A program made the position numbers and the translations under genes. Shown one piece after another: positions 37,816 to 45,847 of a stretch of DNA of 64,000 nt. Origin of the DNA: an uncultured bacterium (lineage in GTDB: Bacteria > Gemmatimonadota > Gemmatimonadetes > Gemmatimonadales > GWC2-71-9). The notes beneath the pieces are model-generated. The model was not told where the DNA came from. It worked only from the letters and a program-made list of their open reading frames with translations, and searched no databases. The stretch lies in assembly GCA_965651205.1 (NCBI GenBank), contig CBFGRM010000003.1:16181-80180 (forward strand). Direction: 5' to 3'. Each line of letters opens with the position of its first letter. Positions within the stretch are counted from its first letter, which is position 1.

Positions 37816-38046
37816 TCAGCCCCGGACGTCGAGTTGGCGGCCGAGCGCCGGTGCAGCCACTGTGGTGCTGCCCGCCGTGTCATAGCCAAGTGCCTGCTCG
37901 CCATCGGGCGCCAGGAAAAAGGCGCGCTCTGCATTGGACAGCATCGCCCAGAGCGTCGGTTCGCGAGGAGTCGAGGATCGGGTGGCGTTGGCACCGTGCA
38001 CCGACTGGATCGGCGCGGCACCGCCGGGAATTCCGGAGATCGTCAC
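37816..38046 (-). CDS. Small hypothetical flagellar-operon protein
   Basis: 76 aa filling flgC-fliE gap (12 nt and 3 nt spacers); ends GRQLDVRG. Confidence 0.65.
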   Translation of the reverse strand: MTISGIPGGAAPIQSVHGANATRSSTPREPTLWAMLSNAERAFFLAPDGEQALGYDTAGSTTVAAPALGRQLDVRG

Positions 38047-38058
38047 TTTGGCATCATC

Positions 38059-38481
38059 CTAGAGATCGAGGGCTCGGCGCAGCATCGCCTTGGCGGCCTG
38101 GAACACGCTCACGTTGGCATCGTGCATCCGGCGTGCAAGCATCAGGTCCACCGTTTCGTAGGCCAGATCGACATTGGGGTATTCGACATAGCCGTCGGCG
38201 TTGGCATCGGGATGAGAGGGGTTGTAGACCAGCCGACCCGGCGACGTGTCGGTGATCACCTGGGTCGTCGGGGCACCGGTCACGGGATCGATGGTGGCGA
38301 TCGCCATCTGTCGCTGGTACGGGCCGCCCTCGGCGGTCCGGGTCACGTCGGCGTTGGCGATGTTGCGGGTGATCACGTCGATGAACCGCTGCTGTCGCGC
38401 CATCCCGGTCGCACTGATGCCGAGCGGTCCCAGCAGGGTACGGATCGGCCGGCCACCGGCCCCTCCTGTCGGATCAGCCAC
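38059..38481 (-). CDS. flgC: Rod protein FlgC
   Basis: NIANADVTRTAEGGPYQRQ, YNPSHPDANADGYVEYPNV. Confidence 0.95.
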   Translation of the reverse strand: MADPTGGAGGRPIRTLLGPLGISATGMARQQRFIDVITRNIANADVTRTAEGGPYQRQMAIATIDPVTGAPTTQVITDTSPGRLVYNPSHPDANADGYVEYPNVDLAYETVDLMLARRMHDANVSVFQAAKAMLRRALDL

Positions 38482-38761
38482 GGTCGCGGATCGCCGTGCG
38501 CAGGTCGGCGTAACTCTTCTGCAGCAACCGGGCAGTTGCCTCGTAGCGAAGCTGGGTGTCGGCCAGTGCCGCCATCTGTCGGGTCAGCTCGGCGTCGCTG
38601 TTGGCGATCGAGTCGTTCAACTCTCCTGCGAACCCGGTGATGCTGCTCTGGCGAACATCGGCCACTCGTTCAGCGATCGCGCGGTGGGTCGCCGATGCCT
38701 CGTCCAGGCCACCACGCAGTGCCTGAGTCACCGTGCCTGCCCCGAACAACCTGCTGATCAC
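38474..38761 (-). CDS. flgB: Rod protein FlgB, unusually short/divergent
   Basis: First gene upstream of flgC; GLDEASATHRAIAERVAD...QMAALADTQLRYEATARLLQKSYADLRTAI matches FlgB terminal helices. Confidence 0.8.
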   Translation of the reverse strand: MISRLFGAGTVTQALRGGLDEASATHRAIAERVADVRQSSITGFAGELNDSIANSDAELTRQMAALADTQLRYEATARLLQKSYADLRTAIRDRG

Positions 38762-38797
38762 GCTGCCTCCCGGATGGTATGGTCCGGAATGCGGAGG

Positions 38798-38813
38798 AGC
38801 AAGCGCCGTACCA
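38798..38813 (-). promoter_or_regulatory. sigma54 promoter for flgB...flgE operon
   Basis: Minus strand TGGTACGGCGCTTGCT; IHF-like tract ~38832-38854. Confidence 0.82.
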
Positions 38814-38891
38814 GTTCAACGGGTGTGGCGGAACTTGTTGTGTTATAAGGAGTTGACGCGCTCGACCGGGCAGTGATGGGGGATTGTCGGG

Positions 38892-38910
38892 CGGCAGGAA
38901 TTTCCTGCCG
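38892..38910. promoter_or_regulatory. Palindrome: enhancer site(s) for flgB promoter and/or terminator of activator gene
   Basis: CGGCAGGAATTTCCTGCCG perfect inverted repeat with CGGCA/TGCCG half-sites. Confidence 0.6.
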
Positions 38911-38934
38911 GATGGTCCGACCTTCCGGCCCCTG

Positions 38935-40308
38935 TCAGGCGCTGAGCGGCAGGTTCAACCGGTTGCGGAGGGTCCGCTCGGAGATCCCGAGCAGTTGTGC
39001 CGCCTTGGATCGCACTCCACCGGACAGGTCAAGTGCGCGCTGGATCGCCAGCGATTCGAGCTCGGCAAGATTGACCGGCAGGTCGTCGGTGGCCGGAGCA
39101 GTTCGGTCTGCCGCGGAAAGACGGGGCCTGCCGCCGTGCGACGGTGCGGTGTCGAGCAGGAAGTGCTCGACCGTCAGCCGGGCGCCGTCCGCCAGGATCA
39201 AGCCCCGATAGGTGGCATTGATCAGTTCGCGAACATTGCCTGGCCAATCGTAGGCCATCAGTTCCTCGAGTGTCTCGTTCGGCAGGGTCGGTGTCGGGAT
39301 CCCCATCGAGTGCGAAGCCAGTGCCATCGCGTGGTTGAGGAGTTCAGGCACGTCATCCGGGCGCTCGCGCAGCGGCGTGGTCTTGAGCGGCACCACCTGC
39401 AACCGGTAATAGAGGTCTGCCCGGAACCTGCCCGCCTCCACCTCGGCCTGGAGGTTCCGGTTGCTGCTGGACACCAGTCGCACGTCGACCCGGATGGTGT
39501 CGCGCCCGCCGACTCGCTCGAAGTCGGACTCCTGTATCACGCGGAGCAACTTGGCCTGGAGGTCGAGCCGCATCTCGGAAATCTCGTCGAGGAACAGGGT
39601 GCCGTTGTCGGCGCGCTCGAACGCGCCGAGCTGCCGCTGGGTGGCACCGGTGAAAGCGCCCTTCTCGTGTCCGAACAAGGTGCTCTCGATCAGTCCCTCG
39701 GGCATCGCGGCGCAGTTGATCGAAACGAAGGGCCCGTCGGCGCGGCGGCTGCGCTCGTGCACCGAGCGCGCCACCAGCTCCTTGCCGGTGCCGGACTCTC
39801 CCTCGATCAGCACCGAAACGTCACTGGCGGCAACCAGCCCGATCATCCGCCGCAGCTCCTGCATCTGACGCGACACCCCCACCAGGGCGCGTGAGCCGCT
39901 GGCGCCATCAGCCTGACGGCGGACTGCCCGGCGATCCCGCTTGAGTGCCGCACCGGTGCGGGCGTGCTCCAGGGCCAGAGCGAGTGCCTCGACCCGCACC
40001 GGCATCGGCAGATAGTCGGCGGCCCCGCTGCGCATCGCGTGCACGGCGTGCTCCACGGTGCCATCGCCTGAGAGGATGACTATCGGAGTGGGGCAGTTGT
40101 CGGGGTCGATGCGGCCGAGGAGCTCGAGGCCAGGATGATGGGGGCGCTGACAGACGACGACGGCGAGGTCGCCAACTCCGAGGCTGAAGGGTCGCCAGAC
40201 GCTGTCGACGTCGGCAAAGAATTGCGACTCGTAGCCCAGTCGTTCGAGGTGTGCTTCCAGATTTGCGGCATCGGCAGGGTCCTCAGCCACACAAAGGATC
40301 CGCGTCAT
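38935..40308 (-). CDS. sigma54-dependent flagellar master activator (FleQ/FlrA-like) with pseudo-receiver
   Basis: GESGTGKE, GAFTGA, FLDEI, RADLYYRL, WPGNVREL, Fis HTH; N-terminal REC lacks phospho-Asp; ATG at 40308. Confidence 0.9.
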   Translation of the reverse strand: MTRILCVAEDPADAANLEAHLERLGYESQFFADVDSVWRPFSLGVGDLAVVVCQRPHHPGLELLGRIDPDNCPTPIVILSGDGTVEHAVHAMRSGAADYLPMPVRVEALALALEHARTGAALKRDRRAVRRQADGASGSRALVGVSRQMQELRRMIGLVAASDVSVLIEGESGTGKELVARSVHERSRRADGPFVSINCAAMPEGLIESTLFGHEKGAFTGATQRQLGAFERADNGTLFLDEISEMRLDLQAKLLRVIQESDFERVGGRDTIRVDVRLVSSSNRNLQAEVEAGRFRADLYYRLQVVPLKTTPLRERPDDVPELLNHAMALASHSMGIPTPTLPNETLEELMAYDWPGNVRELINATYRGLILADGARLTVEHFLLDTAPSHGGRPRLSAADRTAPATDDLPVNLAELESLAIQRALDLSGGVRSKAAQLLGISERTLRNRLNLPLSA

Positions 40309-40356
40309 CGGATCATTCTGGTCTGTCCAAGTGGGTTCCGTCCGTTGTCGGGTGGC

Positions 40357-40383
40357 TAAGCAACAAAAGAAAGCATCCGATAA
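40357..40383 (+). promoter_or_regulatory. sigma28 promoter for flgL-fliW
   Basis: TAAG-N15-TCCGATAA. Confidence 0.8.
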
Positions 40384-40412
40384 CCGTGTGTCAACCAACC
40401 ACCGGAACCAGG

Positions 40413-41285
40413 ATGCGCATCTCCGACAGTCAACGTTTCGATTCGCTCGCCAGACAGCTTGCCGTACAGCAGGCAGCACTGGTTCGGGCAAGCGAGCAGA
40501 TGAGTTCCGGACAGCGGTGGTCGAGGGTCTCGGAGGATCCGGTTGCTGGTCGTGAAGTGCTTGACATCGACACCACGCTTCGTGCCCTGGCCCAGTCGCG
40601 GCGCGCCATTGGGCGGGCCCGCGAACGATTGGCAACCGAGGAGACTGCGCTGCAGCAGCTCACCGACATCACCGCCCGGGCCAAGGAGCTGGCAACAGGT
40701 CAAGGGAGCGCAAATGCCACCGCGAGCTCCCGCGCAGCCACCGCTGCCGAGATCGGACAGCTTCGTCGCGAGATGATCTCGATCGGCAACCAACGCGTCG
40801 GCGGCGAGTACATCTTCGGTGGACTCGAAACCGCCACGGCTCCGTTTGCGGCCGACGGCAGTTACCTGGGCACCCCCACTGCACGAGTCACAACCTTCGG
40901 ACCGGGGTCCGAATCCGAAGTTATCCACAGTGGCCAGCAGATCTTCGTCGACACCGGATTGCTCACCGCGCTGGCCGACCTCGAGGCGGCACTGCTCGCC
41001 AACGACGTCGATGCAATACAGGACAGCGTGACGGCCCTCGACCAGGGGTTCGATGGCGTCCAGTACCTGCTGACCGAAATCGGCGCCCGCGACCGGACCC
41101 TGGACCAGACGGTGGCGACTCTCGACAGCCGCGAGGACACGCTGAGTGTCCGCCGGGCCGAACTGGCGGAGATCCCGCTGGAGGAGGCGACGATGAATCT
41201 CGCCACGGTACAGACCGCGCTTCAGGCCGCCTATCTCGCGACATCCCGGATCCAGTCTCTCTCGCTCGCGGAGTACCTGCGATGA
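40413..41285 (+). CDS. flgL: Hook-filament junction protein FlgL
   Basis: MRISDSQ...QMSSGQRWSRVSEDP, GEYIFGG, IGAR, LQAAY...LSLAEYLR. Confidence 0.93.
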   Translation: MRISDSQRFDSLARQLAVQQAALVRASEQMSSGQRWSRVSEDPVAGREVLDIDTTLRALAQSRRAIGRARERLATEETALQQLTDITARAKELATGQGSANATASSRAATAAEIGQLRREMISIGNQRVGGEYIFGGLETATAPFAADGSYLGTPTARVTTFGPGSESEVIHSGQQIFVDTGLLTALADLEAALLANDVDAIQDSVTALDQGFDGVQYLLTEIGARDRTLDQTVATLDSREDTLSVRRAELAEIPLEEATMNLATVQTALQAAYLATSRIQSLSLAEYLR

Positions 41286-41698
41286 CCGCCGCACGCGCGC
41301 TGCCGCTGCCCAGCACTCTCGAGGTGGTGACCCTTCGGTTCGGCACCCTGACGGTGCCGGCCGAATCGGTGGTTCACTTTCCGGAGGGGCTGCCAGGCTT
41401 CGACGGGCTGCGGCAGTTCGTGCTGATCGACATCCGGCCCGACCTGGCCTGGCTTCAGTCGATGGAGCATCCGGCACTGGCGTTCCTGCTGGTGCGTCCG
41501 TGGCGAGTTGTGGCTGGTGCCTGGGACGACGACGCCACCGCCTGGGCCATCGTCACCCCCGGAGCTGGCCCCGACAGCGCCACCGCCAACCTGATGGCAC
41601 CGATCCGGATCGATGCCGACAAGCGGATCGGTCGGCAATGGATCCACCCCGACGCCGCCTGGTCTGCCACCGAACCGGTCGACATCGCCGCGACCTGA
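41282..41698 (+). CDS. fliW: Flagellar assembly factor FliW
   Basis: RFGTL...FPEGLPGF...WLQS...AFLLVRP...TANLMAPI...GRQ. Confidence 0.92.
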   Translation: MTAARALPLPSTLEVVTLRFGTLTVPAESVVHFPEGLPGFDGLRQFVLIDIRPDLAWLQSMEHPALAFLLVRPWRVVAGAWDDDATAWAIVTPGAGPDSATANLMAPIRIDADKRIGRQWIHPDAAWSATEPVDIAAT

Positions 41699-41708
41699 TC
41701 CCTCCCGC

Positions 41709-41735
41709 TCAGCAGCACCGCCTCCCGTCCGATAA
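41709..41735 (+). promoter_or_regulatory. sigma28 promoter for fliC
   Basis: TCAG-N15-TCCGATAA. Confidence 0.8.
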
Positions 41736-41760
41736 CGAACTGCGGCCACTTCCGGTCGCG

Positions 41761-41816
41761 CAGGATCGTCCCGGGGCAAGGATGCCCCGCACCCACTGTT
41801 AAGGGAGTAACAGGAA
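41761..41816 (+). promoter_or_regulatory. CsrA-binding GGA hairpins in fliC 5' leader
   Basis: CGGGGCA-AGGA-TGCCCCG (41772-41789) and CTGTTA-AGGGAG-TAACAG (41796-41813, loop is the SD); extra CAGGA at 41761 and 41811. Confidence 0.75.
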
Positions 41817-42899
41817 ATGTCACGTATTCAGACCAACGTGGCCGCCAATTCCGCGTACCGGAACCTGGCCACCACCTCGGCGGCGCTTGAGCGCCAGATC
41901 ACCAAGCTCTCGTCGGGCTACCGGATCAACCGGTCGGGCGACGACGCAGCCGGCCTGGCGATCGCCAACAAGCTCCGCGCCGAGAGCCGTTCGCTGCAGC
42001 AGGCGTCGCGCAACGCCGCCCAGGGCATCTCGATGCTGCAGATTGCCGACGGTGCAGTGAACACCGTGTCGGGCATCCTCGACCGGATGAAGGAACTCGC
42101 TTCGGCGGCCAACTCGGCGTCGATCGGCACCCAGACCGACAAGCTGAACGCCGAGTTCCAGCAGCTCATCTCGGAAATCGGCCGCATCGCCGCAACCACC
42201 AAGTACCAGGGCTCGGCACTGGTCAATGGCACCCTCGGCAACACGGTCGACGCCTCCAGCACCTACGCTGGCCAGGTCACGCTCAGCGGAGCCGCCAGCG
42301 GCACCTACACCTTCACCAGCACCGGTGGCGTGGCAACACTGAGCTTCGGCGCGGGTGCCACGTTGCAGACCCAGGCGATCTCGATGCCCGCCGGCGCCGG
42401 CACCTACAACTTCGACGCCTTCGGCATCACGGTCACCAACGCCGGTGGCTACACGGCCGATGGGGTGAACAATCAGACCATCGTCGTCGCGGGCACCGCG
42501 GTCGAGTTTATGGTGTCGTCGTCTGGCTCCTACAGCGGTGACGACCTCGTGTCGCTGAGCCAGGTCAACCTGACCACCGCCAATCTCGGCGTGGCCGGCC
42601 TGGTCCTCACCGACGCCGACACGGCCCAGGCCGCGCTGACGGCGATCGACACCGCCATCAACACGGTCAACACCGCCATCGGCACCATCGGTGCGGCCCA
42701 GTCGCGGATGGAGTTCGCCGCGGCCAACGTCGCCACGATCACCCAGAACGTGATGGCGGCGGAGTCGACGATTCGCGACGCCGATATGGCGCTCGAGTCG
42801 ACTGCGTTCACCAAGTACCAGATCCTCCAGCAGGCTGGCACCGCGATGCTCGCCCAGGCGAACGTTTCGGCCCAGTCCGTGCTCGACCTGCTGCGCTGA
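41817..42899 (+). CDS. fliC: Flagellin
   Basis: RIQTNVAA, KLSSGYRINRSGDDAAGLAIA, IRDADMA, QQAGTAMLAQAN; 360 aa. Confidence 0.98.
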   Translation: MSRIQTNVAANSAYRNLATTSAALERQITKLSSGYRINRSGDDAAGLAIANKLRAESRSLQQASRNAAQGISMLQIADGAVNTVSGILDRMKELASAANSASIGTQTDKLNAEFQQLISEIGRIAATTKYQGSALVNGTLGNTVDASSTYAGQVTLSGAASGTYTFTSTGGVATLSFGAGATLQTQAISMPAGAGTYNFDAFGITVTNAGGYTADGVNNQTIVVAGTAVEFMVSSSGSYSGDDLVSLSQVNLTTANLGVAGLVLTDADTAQAALTAIDTAINTVNTAIGTIGAAQSRMEFAAANVATITQNVMAAESTIRDADMALESTAFTKYQILQQAGTAMLAQANVSAQSVLDLLR

Positions 42900-42918
42900 T
42901 AGCGCGGCCGGAACAACA

Positions 42919-42947
42919 GGCGCGGGGTCGCTCCGGCGGCCCCCGCC
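42919..42947 (+). terminator. Hairpin between fliC and fliD (attenuator/stabiliser)
   Basis: GGCG-C-GGGGTCGC-TCCG-GCGGCCCC-CGCC stem-loop. Confidence 0.55.
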
Positions 42948-42966
42948 ATTCCGGGACTGACACAAG

Positions 42967-44904
42967 ATGACGGCACCACTCGTTTCATTCAGCGGACTGG
43001 CCTCGGGGTTCGACTATCGCAGCCTGGTTGATGCCATCATCGATCAGGAGCGGCAACCTGCCGTCCGCCTCGAGTCCCGGATCAACAAGCTGGACAGCCA
43101 GCAGGCCGCACTGGAAACACTGCGCAGCCTGGTGGGCAGGCTCGAGTCGGCAGCGTCGGCACTGCGCGACGGCAGCGCATTCGACGCCACCACCAGCACC
43201 ACCGCGATCCTGAGCGGCACCAGGGCACTGGCCACGGTAGCCACCACGCCCGGAGTGCAGCAGGGGAGTCACACCCTCACCGTGAGCCAGCTCGCTCGTG
43301 CCCAGAAGCTGGTCGGCACCGGGGTCGCGGCCACCGTCGATGCGATCGGTGCCACCGGCACCATCAGCATCAATGGCCAGGCGATCGACATCGGGGCCAC
43401 CGATACACTTGCAACGATCCGCGACCGGATCAATGCGCTCAACACCGGCGCCACGCCGAGCGGTGTGGCAGCCACGATCCTGTCGGTGTCTTCCACCGAT
43501 CACCGCCTGGTGCTCACCAGCAGCACGACCGGCGCTGCCGGCATCGACCTCGCCGACACCAGCGGCACGATCCTGCAGCAGCTCGGCTTCCTCGATGGAG
43601 GGGGCGAAGTTGCGGCTGCGGCCATCCTGACCGAAGGCAGCGACGCGATATTTGCCATCGACGGCATCGAGATGACCCGCAGCAGCAACGTCATCTCCGA
43701 CGCACTCGAGGGCATCACGCTGACACTGGTTGCCGACGACGCCGGTGCCGAGACCGTGATCACCACCGGTCGGTATGCCGATGCCGCCCGCAACTCGATG
43801 CAGGCGTTCGTCGACGGCTACAACGAGTTGGTCGCATTCATCAAGTCGCAGGGCACCGCATCCGAGTCGTCGGTGCCGGCGCTGTACAACGACCCGATGC
43901 TGCGCGGCCTGAGGCGCGACCTGCCATCAGCGCTGCTGGCGGGCGTGCTCGGCGCCAGCAGCGATATGCAGACCGCCGCCAGCGTGGGCCTGTCGCTGTC
44001 ACGCGAGGGCGTGCTGTCGCTCGACGCCAGCACCTTCGACAGCGCATTCAACGATCGACACTCCGACCTGCGCAGCCTGTTCACCGAACAGCGCACCAGC
44101 AGCAACCCCGAACTGCACTTCGTGTCATCCGCGAGCGGAGTCGCCAGCGGTACCTGGGACGTGGAGATCAGCGCCCTTGCCACCGCAGCCACCGTGGTCA
44201 CCAGCGGCTTCAGCGGCGTCTACGATGCCGGTGCCACTGCCGACACGATCACCCTGACCGACACCCGCACTGGTCGCCAGGCAAGTGTCGCACTCACCAC
44301 CGGGATGACCACCGTCGACATCGTGGGAGCCCTGACCGATGCGATCGACAACGAGGGTCTGTCGATCGATGTTGTCGCCGAGGGCAACGACATCCGGCTG
44401 ACCCACAGGTCGACGGGATCGGCCAGCGGGATTTCGATTTCCCTTGCAGCCGTGGGCGATGGTGCGTCCGAGGCGTGGTCGGCCGACGCAACCGTTGCAG
44501 GCACCGACATCGCAGGCACCATAGGTGGCCAGGCTGCCACCGGATCCGGCAACGTGCTGGTGGGCGCGAACGGCACCGATGCGGCCGGGCTCACTGCCCG
44601 CTACGAGGGCAGCACCACCGGAGTGATCGCGACACTCTCGCTCACCGTCGGCACCGGTGCCGCGATCGAGCGGATCCTCGATCGCTACATCGAAACCGGC
44701 GGCACGTTCGACCTGCGTCGGATGTCGATCGACGACCAGATGAGCCGTGCCAGTGACCGCATAACCGAGATCGACGGTCGGCTCGAGCGGCGCCGGGCCA
44801 ATCTGCTGGCCCGATTCGTGGCGATGGAAGCAGCCATCGCCCGCTTGCAGCAGGCGTCGACCGGCTTCCTCAACGCACTCAATCCGAGCAACCGGAGCGA
44901 CTGA
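42967..44904 (+). CDS. fliD: Filament cap protein FliD
   Basis: SGLASGFD, VSQLARAQ, RSSNVISD..GITLTL, FVDGYN, LLARFVAMEAAI. Confidence 0.95.
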   Translation: MTAPLVSFSGLASGFDYRSLVDAIIDQERQPAVRLESRINKLDSQQAALETLRSLVGRLESAASALRDGSAFDATTSTTAILSGTRALATVATTPGVQQGSHTLTVSQLARAQKLVGTGVAATVDAIGATGTISINGQAIDIGATDTLATIRDRINALNTGATPSGVAATILSVSSTDHRLVLTSSTTGAAGIDLADTSGTILQQLGFLDGGGEVAAAAILTEGSDAIFAIDGIEMTRSSNVISDALEGITLTLVADDAGAETVITTGRYADAARNSMQAFVDGYNELVAFIKSQGTASESSVPALYNDPMLRGLRRDLPSALLAGVLGASSDMQTAASVGLSLSREGVLSLDASTFDSAFNDRHSDLRSLFTEQRTSSNPELHFVSSASGVASGTWDVEISALATAATVVTSGFSGVYDAGATADTITLTDTRTGRQASVALTTGMTTVDIVGALTDAIDNEGLSIDVVAEGNDIRLTHRSTGSASGISISLAAVGDGASEAWSADATVAGTDIAGTIGGQAATGSGNVLVGANGTDAAGLTARYEGSTTGVIATLSLTVGTGAAIERILDRYIETGGTFDLRRMSIDDQMSRASDRITEIDGRLERRRANLLARFVAMEAAIARLQQASTGFLNALNPSNRSD

Positions 44905-45305
44905 TGACCGCGCCCACTCCCGCCACGTTGTACCGCCAGATGGACGTGATGGCGATGTCGCCGGCTCAGCGGATCGTCGCGCTCACCGCCCGGGTGCACC
45001 TTTCGTTGCGTCAGGCCCGCATCGCGATCGAATCCGACGACGTGGAACAGCGCGAGGCACGCCTGAACACCGCCACCGCGATCCTGCACGAACTTGCCGG
45101 GGCGCTCGACATCGAACGCGGTGGCGAGATCGCCACCCGACTGGCTGGCCTGTACACCTGGCTGATCCGGGAATGTCTCGCGGTACACCTCGAACCGGTC
45201 GCAGCCCGACTCGATTCGCCCATCGCCGTGGTCGCCGAACTGCACTCGGCCTGGTCCGAGGCGGCCCGGGTGTCGCTGCAACCCAGCGTGGCCGGTGCCG
45301 CGTGA
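44904..45305 (+). CDS. fliS: Flagellin chaperone FliS
   Basis: YRQMDVMAMSPAQ, ELAGALDIERGGEIATRLAGLY, ELHSAW. Confidence 0.92.
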   Translation: MTAPTPATLYRQMDVMAMSPAQRIVALTARVHLSLRQARIAIESDDVEQREARLNTATAILHELAGALDIERGGEIATRLAGLYTWLIRECLAVHLEPVAARLDSPIAVVAELHSAWSEAARVSLQPSVAGAA

Positions 45306-45748
45306 GCAGGCCCGAGGTTGCCGCGGCAGAGGAACTGCTGGCTGCTCAGCTTGCCGACCTGGTACGCTTTCGGGACGTGGTCGAGGCCCAGCGCGCAGTG
45401 CTGCGCTCGGACGACGCCAGGCTGCTGGAGCGGTTCTCGCACGAAGCCGAAGAACTGGCTGCCACCGTGGCCGGACGGGAAGTCCGCCTGCTGGCGCTGC
45501 GCCGCAGCATCCAGATGGCCGACGCCGGGCGGGAACCGCCATCGATCCGGTCGCTCGCGGCCCAGGTCGATCGGGCCCGCAGCGTAGCCACCGCCGAGGC
45601 CAGCGCCCTGGCCCGGATGATCGAAGCCGATGCCAAGGAACTGGCGCGCGAGCTGGAGGCCACCTCGCGCCAGCTCGGTCAGGTGCTGGGCGGCTATTCC
45701 CGCCAGAGTGCACCGGGCCAGCCCCTGCTGATCAACCGACGGGCCTGA
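45302..45748 (+). CDS. Second FlgN/FliT-like helical chaperone
   Basis: GTG overlapping fliS stop; all-helical; C-terminal GY...LLINRRA tail; occupies the usual fliT position. Confidence 0.65.
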   Translation: MSRPEVAAAEELLAAQLADLVRFRDVVEAQRAVLRSDDARLLERFSHEAEELAATVAGREVRLLALRRSIQMADAGREPPSIRSLAAQVDRARSVATAEASALARMIEADAKELARELEATSRQLGQVLGGYSRQSAPGQPLLINRRA

Positions 45749-45753
45749 CCGAC

Positions 45754-45780
45754 TCAGCTTTCGCAGACCGCGACCGATAA
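45754..45780 (+). promoter_or_regulatory. sigma28 promoter for flgM
   Basis: TCAG-N15-ACCGATAA. Confidence 0.8.
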
Positions 45781-45847
45781 CCGGGTCAGGTGACGGGCGC
45801 CCCGCTGGGCGCTATGTTCGGATATACCGGCTAGGAGGGATGAGACG

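Noticed and set aside
15822-40635. Extended N-termini in the ORF track (flgH to 16955, fliA to 20239, fliL to 28917, activator to 40635)
   Set aside because: Extensions overlap neighbouring genes or promoters; shorter starts with RBS or stop-start overlaps fit homology better.
41820-42965. 381-aa antisense ORF over fliC
   Set aside because: Mirror of strongly biased flagellin codons; no independent evidence.
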